From the NCBI GenBank assembly GCA_021432655.1, contig MU271273.1, positions 62,001-111,132 of the forward strand: a stretch of 49,132 bases of DNA, written 5' to 3'. The position numbers and the translations under genes are program-made. Below the pieces are notes generated by a model. It saw only the letters and a program-made list of their open reading frames with translations. It was not told the origin of the DNA and searched no databases. This DNA is from Atractiella rhizophila. Taxonomy: Eukaryota. Positions 1 to 11,903 of the stretch are shown here, piece by piece; position 1 is the stretch's first letter, and every line of letters begins with the position of its first letter.

Positions 1-1140
1 CTTATGAAGTAGATTTGATTTTAGTACTGCAACACATGGCTTGTTAAGCAGATGCATTCGCTAATACGAATTTTTTGTGCTCTGATCTACACCCTTGATT
101 TGGAGCAGTGCTACAGCTTAACCTCCTAACTTGGGTAGCTGGCACAGAGGTATTAGAAGGGGGGTTCCTGATATCTGATATCCTCTTCGAGTGCCGGCGG
201 GGTCGTATCATTTGCAGCAAACAGGAGAAATAGAAGGTACAGCAACAGGCGGCACAATCCTCCTGCTACCTATGTTTACCTTTAGATGCAATGAAGAGGA
301 CAGGACCGCAAGAAGTGAGCGTGATCATGGCATAGGCAAAAAGCAAAAACATCCTCGTTAGGGCAATCGGGAAGCTCTTGAATCGCCATGCTACGAAAAA
401 TACAACTGGGACATTGGTAACCACTTTGCTCGGCTACTCAACATGGGGCCTTCGCTGCAACCAACTGCAACTACTGACTTGAAACGGTTGTGGTGCAGCT
501 GTGTTTAGAAACCTTCTCATATACATGACGATATAAAGGATGCATCTTCTCATTGTGCATCTACCATGCTAGAAGAATAATTCTTTTTACATTTAAGCCA
601 TAAAAGATGAGTCTATTGTTCATTATAAGAGGAAAGGGGAAGAAGATTATTGCAGCAAGTAGAATTCTCTCTTGATGGGTGGATAGCCTCTGCATTGCAA
701 TATTGTCTACCTTCTCATGTGGCTGCCAGGATTATTGCACCTCAAGCCTATGGAAGTACCAACGATTGGATGGTGACGTGCAGAATTATTGCTCCCCGTC
801 CCATTCTCAGTTCCGTAATAGTAGAAGAATATATATAGCAAGTCCTATACTCCCATACAAGACAGATATTATCTTGACTGTTGTAGCCGGGTGATGTGGT
901 TTCATGCCTGTGAGTTCATTTAGCCTTCTGGAAAACAAGCAGGATGAGAGAGTTTAGAAATCTGAAGGATGGAAGGTTCAACCTCTTCTCACATGGGAAA
1001 CTTTGATGAGTGAAAGATGAGATTATATATTTCCAATGAATAACTGCCTTGAAAGATGGGAATCACTTCTCTTTTATATTATTCTTATTATTCCATTAGG
1101 TATGTTGAATTTTATGTCTTCAAGCTCTGAAGTTCGAGAA

Positions 1141-1230
1141 TATTTCAATGTGCCTGGTGAGGGAGGTATGAGGGCTCAAAAGTGCGCTTTATGACTCATA
1201 CCAAGAACGGATGGCTTTTAGTGGTAAGGA
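1141..1230 (-). mobile_element. Helitron-family 5' terminus (A|TC...)
   Basis: The minus strand reads a|TCCTTACCACTAAAAGCCATCCGTTCTTGG.... This ~90 bp closely matches 20845-20934, which lies upstream of a Helitron RepHel relic. Similarity ends at the TC, preceded by a host A, as expected for Helitrons. Confidence 0.7.
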
Positions 1231-1242
1231 TTGATAGTGAGC

Positions 1243-2723
1243 CTCTATGAAAATGGACTCAGTCCTTTGTCAGTCAGAAGTCAGTACTAGTCAGTAAGTA
1301 TTCAGCCACTGAGTTTTGACGGATTCTGACTGACTTTAGATCAGTAAGTGCCAAATGAAATGACAATCAACTCAGTCTACCACGGTCAAAATTCAGTCTG
1401 GCGTTTTTCACTACCGTCAAAATTCAGTCTACACTCTATAGACCTCGCACCACTTTTTATTAGCTTCCGGATTTATTCAGCTTGTTTTCAGTTCATATTC
1501 AGTCTCAAGGTCACAATTATTTACTTTCTTGATATGAAAATGCATTGCAATATATATATTCAAACCTAGTAACAACACTCAAACTCACCTTTTGGCCCTA
1601 CCGTTTCTAGAAGTTATCTCGAAAGCAGACGAATCTGCTATGTACAAAACCAAAACCGCAGTTTACCTTTGAAATAAGATCTCAGGCTCTCCGCTCTCAT
1701 CATATCAGAAAGAGAGTACTAACCATGCTTCCCACCACTTTCAATACTTTTTGTCTGCCTCAAACCATGCAAGGATCAGAAGCTAGCGGAAAAAACAGCA
1801 AGTAAACATACCACTGTCGAAGCCACTAGCCAAGCCAATTAATCCGAACTGCAAACTAAATAATCTGTCACCCCCATTAACCTTTGTTAATACGAAGAGC
1901 ACGTTAGCGAGTGGCAAGACCGACCTGGAAAACTTCGATCTGCTTCTAAGCTCAGAATGCATATAAGGTCTAGCTCATGTGATCAGACATTGTGAAAAAC
2001 AATAAGAAAACTTACAGTCTTATCTAATGACGGAAGTCAGTGTGGCTACATGGTAACACGAAGCTGTGTCAGAACTCCTTCATCTGATAGGAAACAAGAA
2101 TCAAGTATAAACAAACAGAAGCCATGTATACAAAAGCAATGTACAAAGAAAGCACAAAAGAGCGGAAATCAGAAGCAAGCAGCAACCTATTGATATGAAT
2201 GTGCTTCGTCTAACATTTGTACGGTTGGTGCCTAGTCTACTATACTTTATATGTGAAGTGTGACTGTATCACATATGAGCACCTTGTTGGCTACTGCACA
2301 ACCATCACCAACCTAAAGAATACTTACAATTTTCGGATCTTTAGCATCTGAAAGAATTCCTGGCTAGCTATTGTTTGATATCGGTTGAGAGTAGCACAAG
2401 CATCTGATGTATTGGGGAGAGAATGCGTGAGGGTGTGGTGTGAATAGGGGCTGGAAGACTCGAAGATGGGAGTGATCCGATAACCTGGTGGGAACTTGGT
2501 GGTTTTCTATTGAAAAAATCGAATGAGGTGCGTTGATGTAGATGGAAAATGGAATGCCGGGGGAGCACATGGTGTTATGAGTCCTTGCCAGGTCGTCGTA
2601 TGATTGCACTGAGGAATGACTGACTTTACATTCAGTCAATGTTGGCAGACTGAATTTTCAATGCGGGTTGACTGAGTTTCAATGGAATTGACTGAGTTTC
2701 GACTGAACCCTGTTTTCATAGAG
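1243..2723. mobile_element. Non-autonomous DNA transposon, 1481 bp, 11-bp TIR, 7-bp TSD
   Basis: CTCTATGAAAA at 1243-1253 and TTTTCATAGAG at 2713-2723 are perfect inverted repeats. AGTGAGC flanks both ends (1236-1242, 2724-2730). Many TCAGTC/GACTGA subterminal motifs occur at ~1257-1430 and ~2618-2706. No transposase ORF. Confidence 0.85.
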
Positions 2724-3723
2724 AGTGAGCATGGACGATCTCCTGACATCGTCGGCTCCGTCACTTCTTCTATTGTGTACATGGAATAGTTGTCATCCTG
2801 TTCATCCGCATTCTCATCCTCCTCCTTTTGTGGAGGAGTCAGTGCTGGTGCGTTTTGAAGAGGTTTGTCAACATCGAGTGAGGGTATGAACACTGAGATA
2901 TCGAGAGATTTTGTTGGCGGTGTGGTCGTCACGTTAGGACTGATGTGTGAGAAGAGTTTGGTTTTGACTGGTGACGGGAGTTGCGGCGAGGTTGCTTTGG
3001 GAGAAAAAAGAATAGGAGCCGCCGGTGTTTTTGCAGGCGATACAATAGAAGGGAACCAGGACGCCTGATGATTTCCCATTCGTCCAAACCGCTTTGTTGA
3101 GGCTCGGATTCCTTTGAATAGAAGGTGGGGAAGTAGGATACGGGCGAGTTGATAAGCGTGGTCGGTTTGGAGGCGGTGTCAGCGCTGGCTTTGGGAGACT
3201 GTAATGGTGGAGGAGATGTGAAAGGATTTGAACCAGTTAATATCCAGGGTAGGCGAAGTGGATGCATTCCAGTTTCAGGCGATGGAATCTTCCGCGATAT
3301 CACAGGACGAGATGTATCTGCTTTCCTAGTCAAAGAAGGATGGGAAAGCCTCTCCTTCCTCGCCTCCTCCTCCAGCTCCTTAACCTCCTCCTCCCTCTTC
3401 ACCCTCGCAAATTTCACCCTCCTCGTCCTCTCCTCCTCTTTACTTCATCTAAGCGCTATCTCAAACATCACCTCCTCCTGCCGCGCCACATCCGCACGAT
3501 TAAACCCACATCAGGCGGCGCCGTTAGGGGTGGTAGCCATCCATGGTGCCCGTACGGCATAGCTCACAGGTATCCAGACTTTGTTGCCTGGTCCAAAAGG
3601 CGCAGGAGTGTCGAGAAGCTCTGTGTAGAAGTTGGGTTGGGCTGTTATGCCGTAGTTGGTGGTTTATCGCTTTGTGGAGCTGGTGGGCAGAGCGCATGGC
3701 GAGAGGGAATTGGATTCAGCCAT
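2724..3723 (-). pseudogene. Decayed gene for a Pro/Ser-rich, partly charged protein of unknown function
   Basis: ATG at 3723 (MAESNSLSP...) runs in frame into ORF 2929-3417 through three stops (TAA, TGA, TGA), each one C-to-T change from a sense codon. It probably shifts frame into ORF 2636-3079. The 3' end is cut by the TIR element. Confidence 0.5.
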
Positions 3724-4466
3724 TGTGATTGGGAAGTCTTCCTAGGTGCATTGAAGTAGAAGACAGTTTTGCTTTTGAATAGGATATAATAGCTGTAGTT
3801 TACCTGCGAGCTCGATGATCAATAAATTCTGTAAATTACCCAATAGGATGTCAAAATCGTCCGTTTGACCATTTTCATCAAGCAGCAAGTAGGGTTGAGG
3901 TAATCAATGAGGAGCCTTCAATAAAAAACGATCAAGCATGCTTCCCCTCGTCAAGAAATGAAGAAATGAAGAAAGTCGGCAGTTAGATGACTCTCTTGTT
4001 GCTTTTTGTCGTCATGAATCCAAAAGTCAGACTTTACGAAGGTATTCAGCATATAAATGTATTCATGAGCGTGCTAGAATATGCAAGGAACAGGAATATG
4101 TAAGAAATAATGACAGAACATACGCATAATATGGCACTGCAGACGACCTTGCGGCAGGTTTGGCGATTTATAGCTTCACTTCGACAGCAGATGACAATCG
4201 CTTCAGCAGCCCAGAAACCTCTTATGTTGAGAGAGCTAGAGATCCGTAGCCCGCTGACGTTGATCCAAGTGGCATTTTGGCGGCTGTATTTGTCGCTTGG
4301 CTGCTTGACGTTTAGTGTGGGTAACTGGTTCGTTTTAAGCATCTAGTGGGATCGTTTCTCTAGAATGTTTGAAGCACGAGGAAGACTTACAGCTGTCGGT
4401 TTTCTTGGATCAGACAGGTCGGTACATTATTCAAATGTTCCACATATTCATTGGACATGCTACATC

Positions 4467-6137
4467 TTATAGTGAAACATCATTCTCCACGGTCCTTCGG
4501 ACTGCTTCTTTCATCACCTCTTCGTAACTACAAAATCCTAGTCCTTTGAGCTCGAATCTTGATCCAAGTCGTTCCGTTAACGTTTTATGGTCTGACCAGG
4601 GCCTTGAGTCCAACTGAACAGTTGGACGTTGCGAGGCCAGATTTTCAAATGTCAGTGTTTCCAACTGATCCGTCCAGGCTGCGCCGGAAAGATAGGCGGT
4701 CAGAGGTTCGAATCCTTGACTGTCGAAGCTTGACGAAATACAAAACCCGAAGTTGAGACGTTTGGCAGCGCAAGAACCTTTTGTGAATGATGATGAACTA
4801 AAATACGAACTGGAGAATCTGCCCGCGATGGACATCTCTTGGATGTCAGGGATCGTGTGACCTGATGTGAGGAGAAAGTCCAAGACCTCGAAACACTTCT
4901 CTACAGAGATGTCGAGCATTCGGGGTTGTGTCATCTGCAGGAAAGATTTGAGTTCCTCTGAGGATTTGAATGTCGTTACGTTGGTGTCAAGTCGCATGAG
5001 CCTCTGAGGACGCAATGTGGGATCGAATACAAGTTGCGCCATCCCAATCGATAAGTCCTCCGTACTGCCACGGATTGTCAATCTCTGCAAATGCTGCAAG
5101 TTACATTGGAACTCTCGAGCCCGAACTTGCGTATCCTGCGTCGTCGACGTGATTGGGACGTTTTTCAGCTTCAATCTCACCAAACGCGATGAGAGGCGGA
5201 GGTCTGGGAAAGAATCAACCAGGTTTCCCAAGAAGTCTGTGGACAGTTTAAGCGTCATTAAACGTGGTAAGATCGGAGCGACAAGTTGATCTTCTCCAAC
5301 ATGTCGCAACCAGGCGTCTTCAGAACGCCCATCCATGTCCAGCTCTTCCAGAGTGTCTTTGACGAGGTGGAGGAGCGGGAAGAACGCACGCCAGAATTGA
5401 AGATATGTTTCGCCGTCGAAGCTCGCAGATCGAAATGCTGTAAGAGACTTAAGAGTCCTCGCTGATGCCGAGAAAAAAGCCGGGTCAGGAGGCAGAATGG
5501 CGCTGATAATGAGTTCGTAGAGCGCAAACGGGGCTGGAGAGGACAGTGATGTATAAATATCTCGTAAGTGGAGGTATCGCAAATATTTGCATTCTTCTAG
5601 ACCGGTAAACCAATTTTGAAGAACTGGATCGGTCATGCCGCTACTCGTTCGCACCCAAAGATGACTTAAATTCGAGGGCAATCGAATACGAGCTTCTGGT
5701 GCTGGACGCTTCATCCACCACAGCATGACATCCATAGTTTGCAGCTGATCTCCTACGGACTTTAAGACTTCGCTGAAAACATCCCAAAGCGCCGCCCAAT
5801 TTACGTCTTCCGATTCTTGCGACGATTTTGGAAAGTTAACGAACAGGTGCTTAATGTTGGCTCGACGCGTGGGCGACTGGCGTATGAACGAAAGAATCCC
5901 GTCCATATTCGCAGTAGAAAGTCTAAGTAACCAATCGACATAGGGTAGGGAGAGCTCGCTCCATTGTTTGCACACCAGCGAGCAAGTTAGGATTTGGCTG
6001 TTCGAACGAGTGGTCAACCAGACAGATGGCAGATGCCTATCGCGCGTGTAATCTCGTCGTTCCTCGATCCAGTGCACGGCAAGTATTTCGAATATCTTGA
6101 GTAGCAGCTCAACAGGGAGCGATCGAATCGACGCCAT
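4467..6137 (-). CDS. F-box domain protein with LRR/RNI-like C-terminal region (556 aa, single exon)
   Basis: Long uninterrupted ORF. From ATG 6137 it reads MASIRSLPVELLLKIFEILA...CSLVCKQW (F-box motif), followed by repeated LxxLxL segments (LRYLHL, LEELDM, LMTLKL, LQRLTI). Confidence 0.85.
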   Translation of the reverse strand: MASIRSLPVELLLKIFEILAVHWIEERRDYTRDRHLPSVWLTTRSNSQILTCSLVCKQWSELSLPYVDWLLRLSTANMDGILSFIRQSPTRRANIKHLFVNFPKSSQESEDVNWAALWDVFSEVLKSVGDQLQTMDVMLWWMKRPAPEARIRLPSNLSHLWVRTSSGMTDPVLQNWFTGLEECKYLRYLHLRDIYTSLSSPAPFALYELIISAILPPDPAFFSASARTLKSLTAFRSASFDGETYLQFWRAFFPLLHLVKDTLEELDMDGRSEDAWLRHVGEDQLVAPILPRLMTLKLSTDFLGNLVDSFPDLRLSSRLVRLKLKNVPITSTTQDTQVRAREFQCNLQHLQRLTIRGSTEDLSIGMAQLVFDPTLRPQRLMRLDTNVTTFKSSEELKSFLQMTQPRMLDISVEKCFEVLDFLLTSGHTIPDIQEMSIAGRFSSSYFSSSSFTKGSCAAKRLNFGFCISSSFDSQGFEPLTAYLSGAAWTDQLETLTFENLASQRPTVQLDSRPWSDHKTLTERLGSRFELKGLGFCSYEEVMKEAVRRTVENDVSL

Positions 6138-6344
6138 CAGAAAGCCTGTCACAAATGTTACTAGTGCCACTCGATAAAAGTGCGAGCACGCAGAGGGAAA
6201 AAGGTACAGTACACTCCTGACTTCCAAGCTACAGCGATTTCAACGAGCTAAGTCTACCGGCAAGGCTCTGTGCAAAAGAATGGTGAATTGTTCTTGACTG
6301 TGCCCTCGAACCCCAGGCGTTCCGGCCCCCAGGGTAGGGGCAAA

Positions 6345-7345
6345 CTGGCCCCAGGGATTTGCGCTTCAATTTTGAGAAAATTTGCAGCCAAAAAGCAGGT
6401 CAAAAATGGTCCACCAGTTTTATCGCCGACCAACTCCGACGCCTTTGGCGGCGGGTCTGCTGGATTTTCTTCCTGTTCCGAATCCTTCCAAACTGTTTGG
6501 GGATGGTTAGGCACTCCATGTTTTGTTTCTTCACCTTGCTGGATCCGACAGGTCTTACAGAGTGTTTGGGGATGGCAAGGTGCTTTTAAACCTCATTGAC
6601 CCTCATTTTCAACCTCGCCACACCCTCATGCTGCAATTTTTTTTGGCTCTCGCGCTCAACCCCTTGAACGAGGGCTGCGCTGAACGGCCGCGGACGGGTT
6701 TCGAGCTGAAAAAGGACCAGGGGCTCAAAAGGGTTTTGTGACAGAATTTTTGGGAGATTTGAACGCCAAGAGGGCGCGCGCCGTTGACTCGGACCAACCT
6801 TGGACGACGAGTAGTTGTGCAGTCGGATTCTACTGGCTATGGGTTGCGACAATCCTGCAGCAATAGCGGTTGAAGAGGCAAAGCGGATATGGGGACCCAA
6901 CTGTGAGATTGCTGGCCTCGTGTCCTTCGGCTCTGGAGCTGCACCCCGCTGTCAAGTTGGACAATGTCGAGCCAGCATTGAAGGCATTGGTGCGGATTGC
7001 TCGAGGTTTTGAATGAGGTGAGGACGAAGATGTGACAGTATCAGATGGGGCACGGCTCCATAAGGGTTCGTCTGTGAGCGATTTCCTGCACCTGATCTGT
7101 ACATGTGCGTCATGCTAAAAACCGGGTCGTGCTTTGATATCAAGATAAGGATTTTTTCACCCAACACACTGCCAACTACCTTTTGAGCCTACACACTCCT
7201 GTAACCTTCACATCTCCAAAGCCCTAACCAAGAGCGTTAGCTCATGGTCGGTGGTGTCAGGGTTAAGACCTGGTCCACCAGTTTTGTCTGCAAATTTTCG
7301 CCAAACTACAGCGCAATTGCGAGAGCGGCCAAATCCCTGGGGCAG
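6345..7345. repeat. Degenerate inverted arms (~6345-6735 and ~7178-7345) flanking a patatin-like fragment
   Basis: Collinear blocks are shared between the left arm and the reverse complement of the right arm: CCCCAGGGATTT, GAAAATTTGCAG.CAAAA, CAGGTCTTA, TTTGG.GATG..AAGGT, GGCTCAAAAGG. Confidence 0.5.
6830..7012 (+). pseudogene. Patatin-like phospholipase fragment (C-terminal part of the domain)
   Basis: MGCDNPAAIAVEEAKRIWG...IAGLVSFGSG resembles the fungal patatin segment GxGxNNP...EA..IW...LVSxGTG that follows the DGG motif. Isolated fragment. Confidence 0.6.
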
Positions 7346-8152
7346 AGGAGTCCTAGCTTTAAACTTTCCATAGCCCCATGGTTGTATCACTCGGCACGCT
7401 CGTCTTCTACTCCTTAATACACCTATCGCTTTCGTAACCATATTTTATTTCGCTCACCACATCCTCCACCCACATTTTCTCTTTCGGCCCACCGCACAGC
7501 TTCACATTCCATGCGCACGGATCTGTTCTCTTCCTAGCACCGATCTTAAACGCAAAATCCACATTCACACCCTCCATCCTCTTGCGCACGCACTGTCTTC
7601 ACATCTTCGACGTTTGCCCAATTCGGCCTGATGACTTTACGCTTCACCTCCTTTCTTGATTGGACCAATGCATTTGCCTGAGCTGGCAGAGCATGATTAG
7701 GAGAACGGGATCGATCCTCGATAACCGCGTCTGGGGGATTTTGTGATGGCTGGCGCCATAGGGGAGACGGGGAATGTAGGGAACTCTTGTCTTGTATTGG
7801 ACGTCTGGGGCATCTGGCCGTGGTTCTGGGATCTCGAGCTTGTCTGACCTTGGTTCGGGTTGGAGGTCAACTCCTGCGAGGGAGGAAGCAGGGGGGGAAT
7901 CCTTGCTTGCTTTCCGCTACTTGCGTCAACCCTCCTTCAAGCTAACTCAGCGTGTGGTTGGTTCAGGAAGGATCGCTCACTTGGGGCTGCAGAGTCTGCA
8001 AGGTGTCGTCTGTGAAGGCAGATCCATATCACTACATACAAAAACAGATACATTATCACATTCAAGCTTTCCCCTTCTACACTCCTAGGTCCATCAATCA
8101 GCAGTAACTACCCAGGTACGTCAATGGCATACCATGCAGACAGCACTGCACA

Positions 8153-8259
8153 ACCACTAATCATTGAAATCGTAATTGGATGGTGACAGACACTCCCCTA
8201 ATTTACCACTAATCATTGAAATCGTAATTGGATGGTGACAGACACTCCCCTAATTTACC
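8153..8259. repeat. Perfect tandem duplication, 52-bp unit x2
   Basis: 8153-8204 is identical to 8205-8256 (ACCACTAATCATTGAAATCG...CCCCTAATTT), plus a 3-bp ACC overhang. Confidence 0.95.
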
Positions 8260-8644
8260 TTACGTTTTCTGGAGTTTCGTTCGCTTGTGTCATCTGTTGC
8301 TGGCATGATGAAAGAAGCGACAGGGAGGATGGGGCAAGGGCAAGAGGGTCAGACTTCTCCTCTGTTGTTGATGAGCCAATGTTCTTGTTGGGTCTCCTTT
8401 GATAGTTTGAGCGTTCACCTCATTTGACACGGATGTCCCTCCCTTGTTTTCACCAACATGTCCCCATGTCAGCCAGACTTCACAGTGGATAACCCCAAGA
8501 ATCCTCATGAGGGAGCCCCTGGTTCAACAGTGTCGACAAGCACTACTCAATCACCTTGTGTTTTCCTGAAACCAGAGGACATCGCACGAAACACGCTGTG
8601 TGAGCTCTGCGTCGTGAAGTGTCCTAAGCCAGTGCCTCACTCAA

Positions 8645-9350
8645 GACAAGAACCCAAAGATATTGCTCCCTGCAAACGAATTGAGATTTCGAAGAGCTCA
8701 GTGAGTGCTGGGCGAGAAAGAGGAAGGAGTTTGAAGAAACGATTAGGAGGACTCGTATCCGTATCAATGTTCGCCATCCCTTTGTTCTTGAGCAACATGG
8801 GACACGGTGTGAAGTCCATGATTCGCTTGAATGTGGATGAAACCGTGGTGAAATATGCTTCATGGGAAGTCTCAAAGGAGAGTACGGTCGCTCGAGGTCG
8901 GTCTACGAGAAGGCCCTCGACGTCTCTCCGGCTGAAATAAAGGTGTGGATGTCATATACGGGGATGGAGCTCACAGCGCGTAACATTCAACACGTGCAAC
9001 GTCTTCGATCGAGCTTCACCCTTCTCCCCCATTTGGACCAGCTCTGGTACAAATACGTATTCCTTGAGGAACTCTTGGGAAATGCGAGCGGCGCTCGGCA
9101 GATATTCAAGCGCTGCTGGGAGCCAGATGAAAGGCTTGGAGCACATGTATCAAAACGGAGGTAAGGTATGGCGAGCAGGACCATGCAAATAATGTGTATG
9201 AGAGGTTGTCAATTGTCATCTGGGAACAAGGATATGTATTAAATGGGCAAAGCTTGAGGAGGTGCATGGGATGTTGGATCGAGCGAGGGAAATGTGTTTA
9301 CTATGCATTTGCAAAGCTTGAAATCCGGCAAAAGGAATATGAGAGGGCCA
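8645..9350 (+). pseudogene. CLF1: Truncated, frameshifted relic of pre-mRNA splicing factor CLF1/crooked-neck (HAT repeats)
   Basis: Across frames: RKRKEFEETIRRTR, WVKYASWE-like, [80 protein letters not shown]. Several frameshifts and internal deletions. Confidence 0.85.
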
Positions 9351-9577
9351 TGTGGAGAGCACTTGTAACAATAGTATGGAGATGTAGATTCATTGGCCGA
9401 GGTGGGGGCGAAGATGCAATGCATTGTCCGGGTGTATAAGGATGAGAATGCACAGATGTCTGGAGATCAGTGCTTCCTTCAGCGAATGTTCGTTTCGCAT
9501 TATCTGAGCAATGTTTGGCTAGGAGTAGACAAATAATAACAGTAATCCGCAAGCAGAGTCTCGAATCATGGAGGGCT

Positions 9578-11903
9578 TCAAGGTGTGCGAATCAGGGTAA
9601 CTTCCTGCTCCGATGCATGTGCGGAAGCAATGAGCCCCCCTACCATGAATGTCCCTTCAATGGAGGAACGTACCGGGACTTGCGTATCATCGACGACAGC
9701 GTCCACCTGGACATTATCCTCCATCGGAGTCCTGATATACTCGAGCATCTCTGCTTGAGCCTTCTTCTCGGCTTCCACGACGTGCTGTCTCCTGGGCTGC
9801 AACCAGGAGCTGGACTTCATGAACAAACTAGTGCCTGGATGAAATCCTGCCAATGTAGCAACCCGAGACAATTGACCTGCTGCTCCATCGATCCCTGTGG
9901 GAGGCAAGGAGGATTCGATTTCCTCAACTGTGAAAGAGGGAGAGGGAATATAGTATCGTCCTGCGAGGTACTCGATGTCAAAGATGTGTTGTCCGCCTGG
10001 TGGCGACAGGGGTTGGAAGAAGTATCCTTTGGCAGGAGAGATGTCGGCTACGGGTGATGGCGTCGAGGCTGAGGATGTGATCTTTCGAAGACCGAAGAGT
10101 TCGCCCGCGACTCGGGCGGACGATTCTGCTCCGACGAAGAAGCAGTGGATCTTGAGGAAGAAGGACTTGAAGGATCCAGGTCGAATCTGGGCGGAGAACT
10201 CCAGCGGGAGATCTTCTTCTCTGGCGAGCAAACGGACAAGTTCACCGCTCCAGATTTTTTCCGCTCTATTTTGCCAATCCACGTCGTCATTATCGCTAAG
10301 TTGTCTTGGAGGCGGAGAAAGAGATGGCGCACCCCCAGAACATTCCTTGGTAGTATTGAAACTTGAGTGCCTCATCCATCTGCGCCTTCTGCTCTGAAGT
10401 CGCAGCCGACCTCGATATCATATCCTGCCTGCTGAGCTTGTACCTAAAGAAGGGATCATCTGAGACTATTGAACAGACTAGAAGGGGTATATGAGGTTTA
10501 CCCACCTGTCGAACATTAAGAAGCAGCGAATGATGTGAGCCCCGGCTAGCATGCAAGCATTCCATTTTAGCCTCTGCTACTACAGCTTCGGAGAAATGGA
10601 AGGACAGACTCTGTAATGCGAGTGCGTAAGGCGTCACAGCGGTATAAACGTCGCCTATATCATTGATGGAAGTCCTCACGTCCTTCTGTTGCTTCTCATC
10701 CCAAATTGCTGCAATACCTTTCGGAGTCCTCAGCTCCAACTCAAACAGCTTATTATTCGGCGGATGGGCCAACCTGTTCCATCACATTGCATCCAATCAG
10801 CACATTTTCCGCCAACCAATTTCGAGAGGGTAGACGGAGAGGGGAGAGGACGGACCAAGGCAACAAGCTGTCCTCTTCGACTTCCACATCGTTGTCTGCT
10901 GCGAGGAGGCGTACCGAGTATTCCGACTTCCAAATCCCTGCCGAGCTCCTCAACTTGCTCGTTTTCTTGAACACGACTGCGGGCCAATGGGTGATGGCGA
11001 GTTCCTCTGCGTCGTCTTCACTCTTGTTCTCGCTCCCGATCCGCTCCCCCAACCTGACCCAAACGAGCTCCAACTCCCTAAACATTCCTTCCGCCACTCT
11101 CAAATCCTTCTCCCTATCCTTCGACAGGCTCTTAGACAGGTTCGGGATGGTCCTTCCCTCCTGGAAAGTCTTTGACCTTTCCACGATACTCTTATCAGGC
11201 ACGGGAAGGAGCTTTCCATCCCTCCTGAGCCGCGCAGCAATCTTTCCCCATTTCGATCCGCTCTTCCTCTCCGGATCCTTGAGCCCCAACACCTCCCTGT
11301 TGACCACCTTCTGCGGCTCCCGATGTCCAGTCTTCGGGCCGCAGTATATGCATTCGCAGACTTTGGAGGCGGAGAGCGGTTGAAGAAGCCAGTAAGCGTG
11401 CGCAACAAACTCGTTGGGAGATCTATAGATCACATTGGGACGACCGTACAGGTAGGCGTCTGATCGAACTTTGGTGGGATCTGTCGGGTCCCCGCTCTTC
11501 CTTCGAGTTTTGGTGAAGAGGTTGTATCCGGGAGGGAAGGCTGCGAGCGCGTATGTCTTCCTGGCTTTCCATCCCAACAATCGTCCCAACCCGACCGACC
11601 GGACGAAACAAAAAGAATCGATGAGTACCATGATCCGCTCGAATGGGAAGGAAGAAACGCACTCATATCGAGTTCGAGCAGCTTTGCCACGGAGTCGCCG
11701 AGCTTCTTCAGCCACATCTCTAACGTCTTCTGCTTGGGCCGAGTAATGTTTTCAAACGGGCCATCCTGCGTGCTCGGCCAATGAGACTCGTTCCCGTCTG
11801 TGGCGAAGATGTGGATGCGATAGATCTTCTCCTTCTCGTCGTATGTGATCCGATACATCTCTTCCTCCTCCGCCTCCGCCTCTGCATTCGCATCCACAGT
11901 CAT
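9578..11903 (-). CDS. clr2: Cryptic loci regulator 2 (Clr2)-like transcriptional silencing protein, spliced
   Basis: Motifs DGNESHWP, WLKKLG, YALAAFPPGYNLF, RSDAYLYG, YRSPNEFVAHAYWL, CECIYC, and YQGMFWG|AEKIWSGELVRL match the Clr2 N- and C-terminal domains. GT-AG introns restore the frame: 11662-11565, ~10855-10774, ~10331-10266, and possibly ~10505-10445. Confidence 0.8.

Noticed and set aside
1..1140. Short ORFs and a thrice-repeated ATTATTGC motif
   Set aside because: No recognisable protein family. Possibly Helitron-internal DNA, but that cannot be supported.
6138..6227. First 30 codons of the 586-aa ORF call
   Set aside because: They depend on a non-ATG start. The first ATG (6137) directly precedes the F-box motif.
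9470..11383. Plus-strand ORFs 9470-10057, 9975-10397 and 10706-11383
   Set aside because: Antisense shadows of the Clr2-like gene with no independent motifs.
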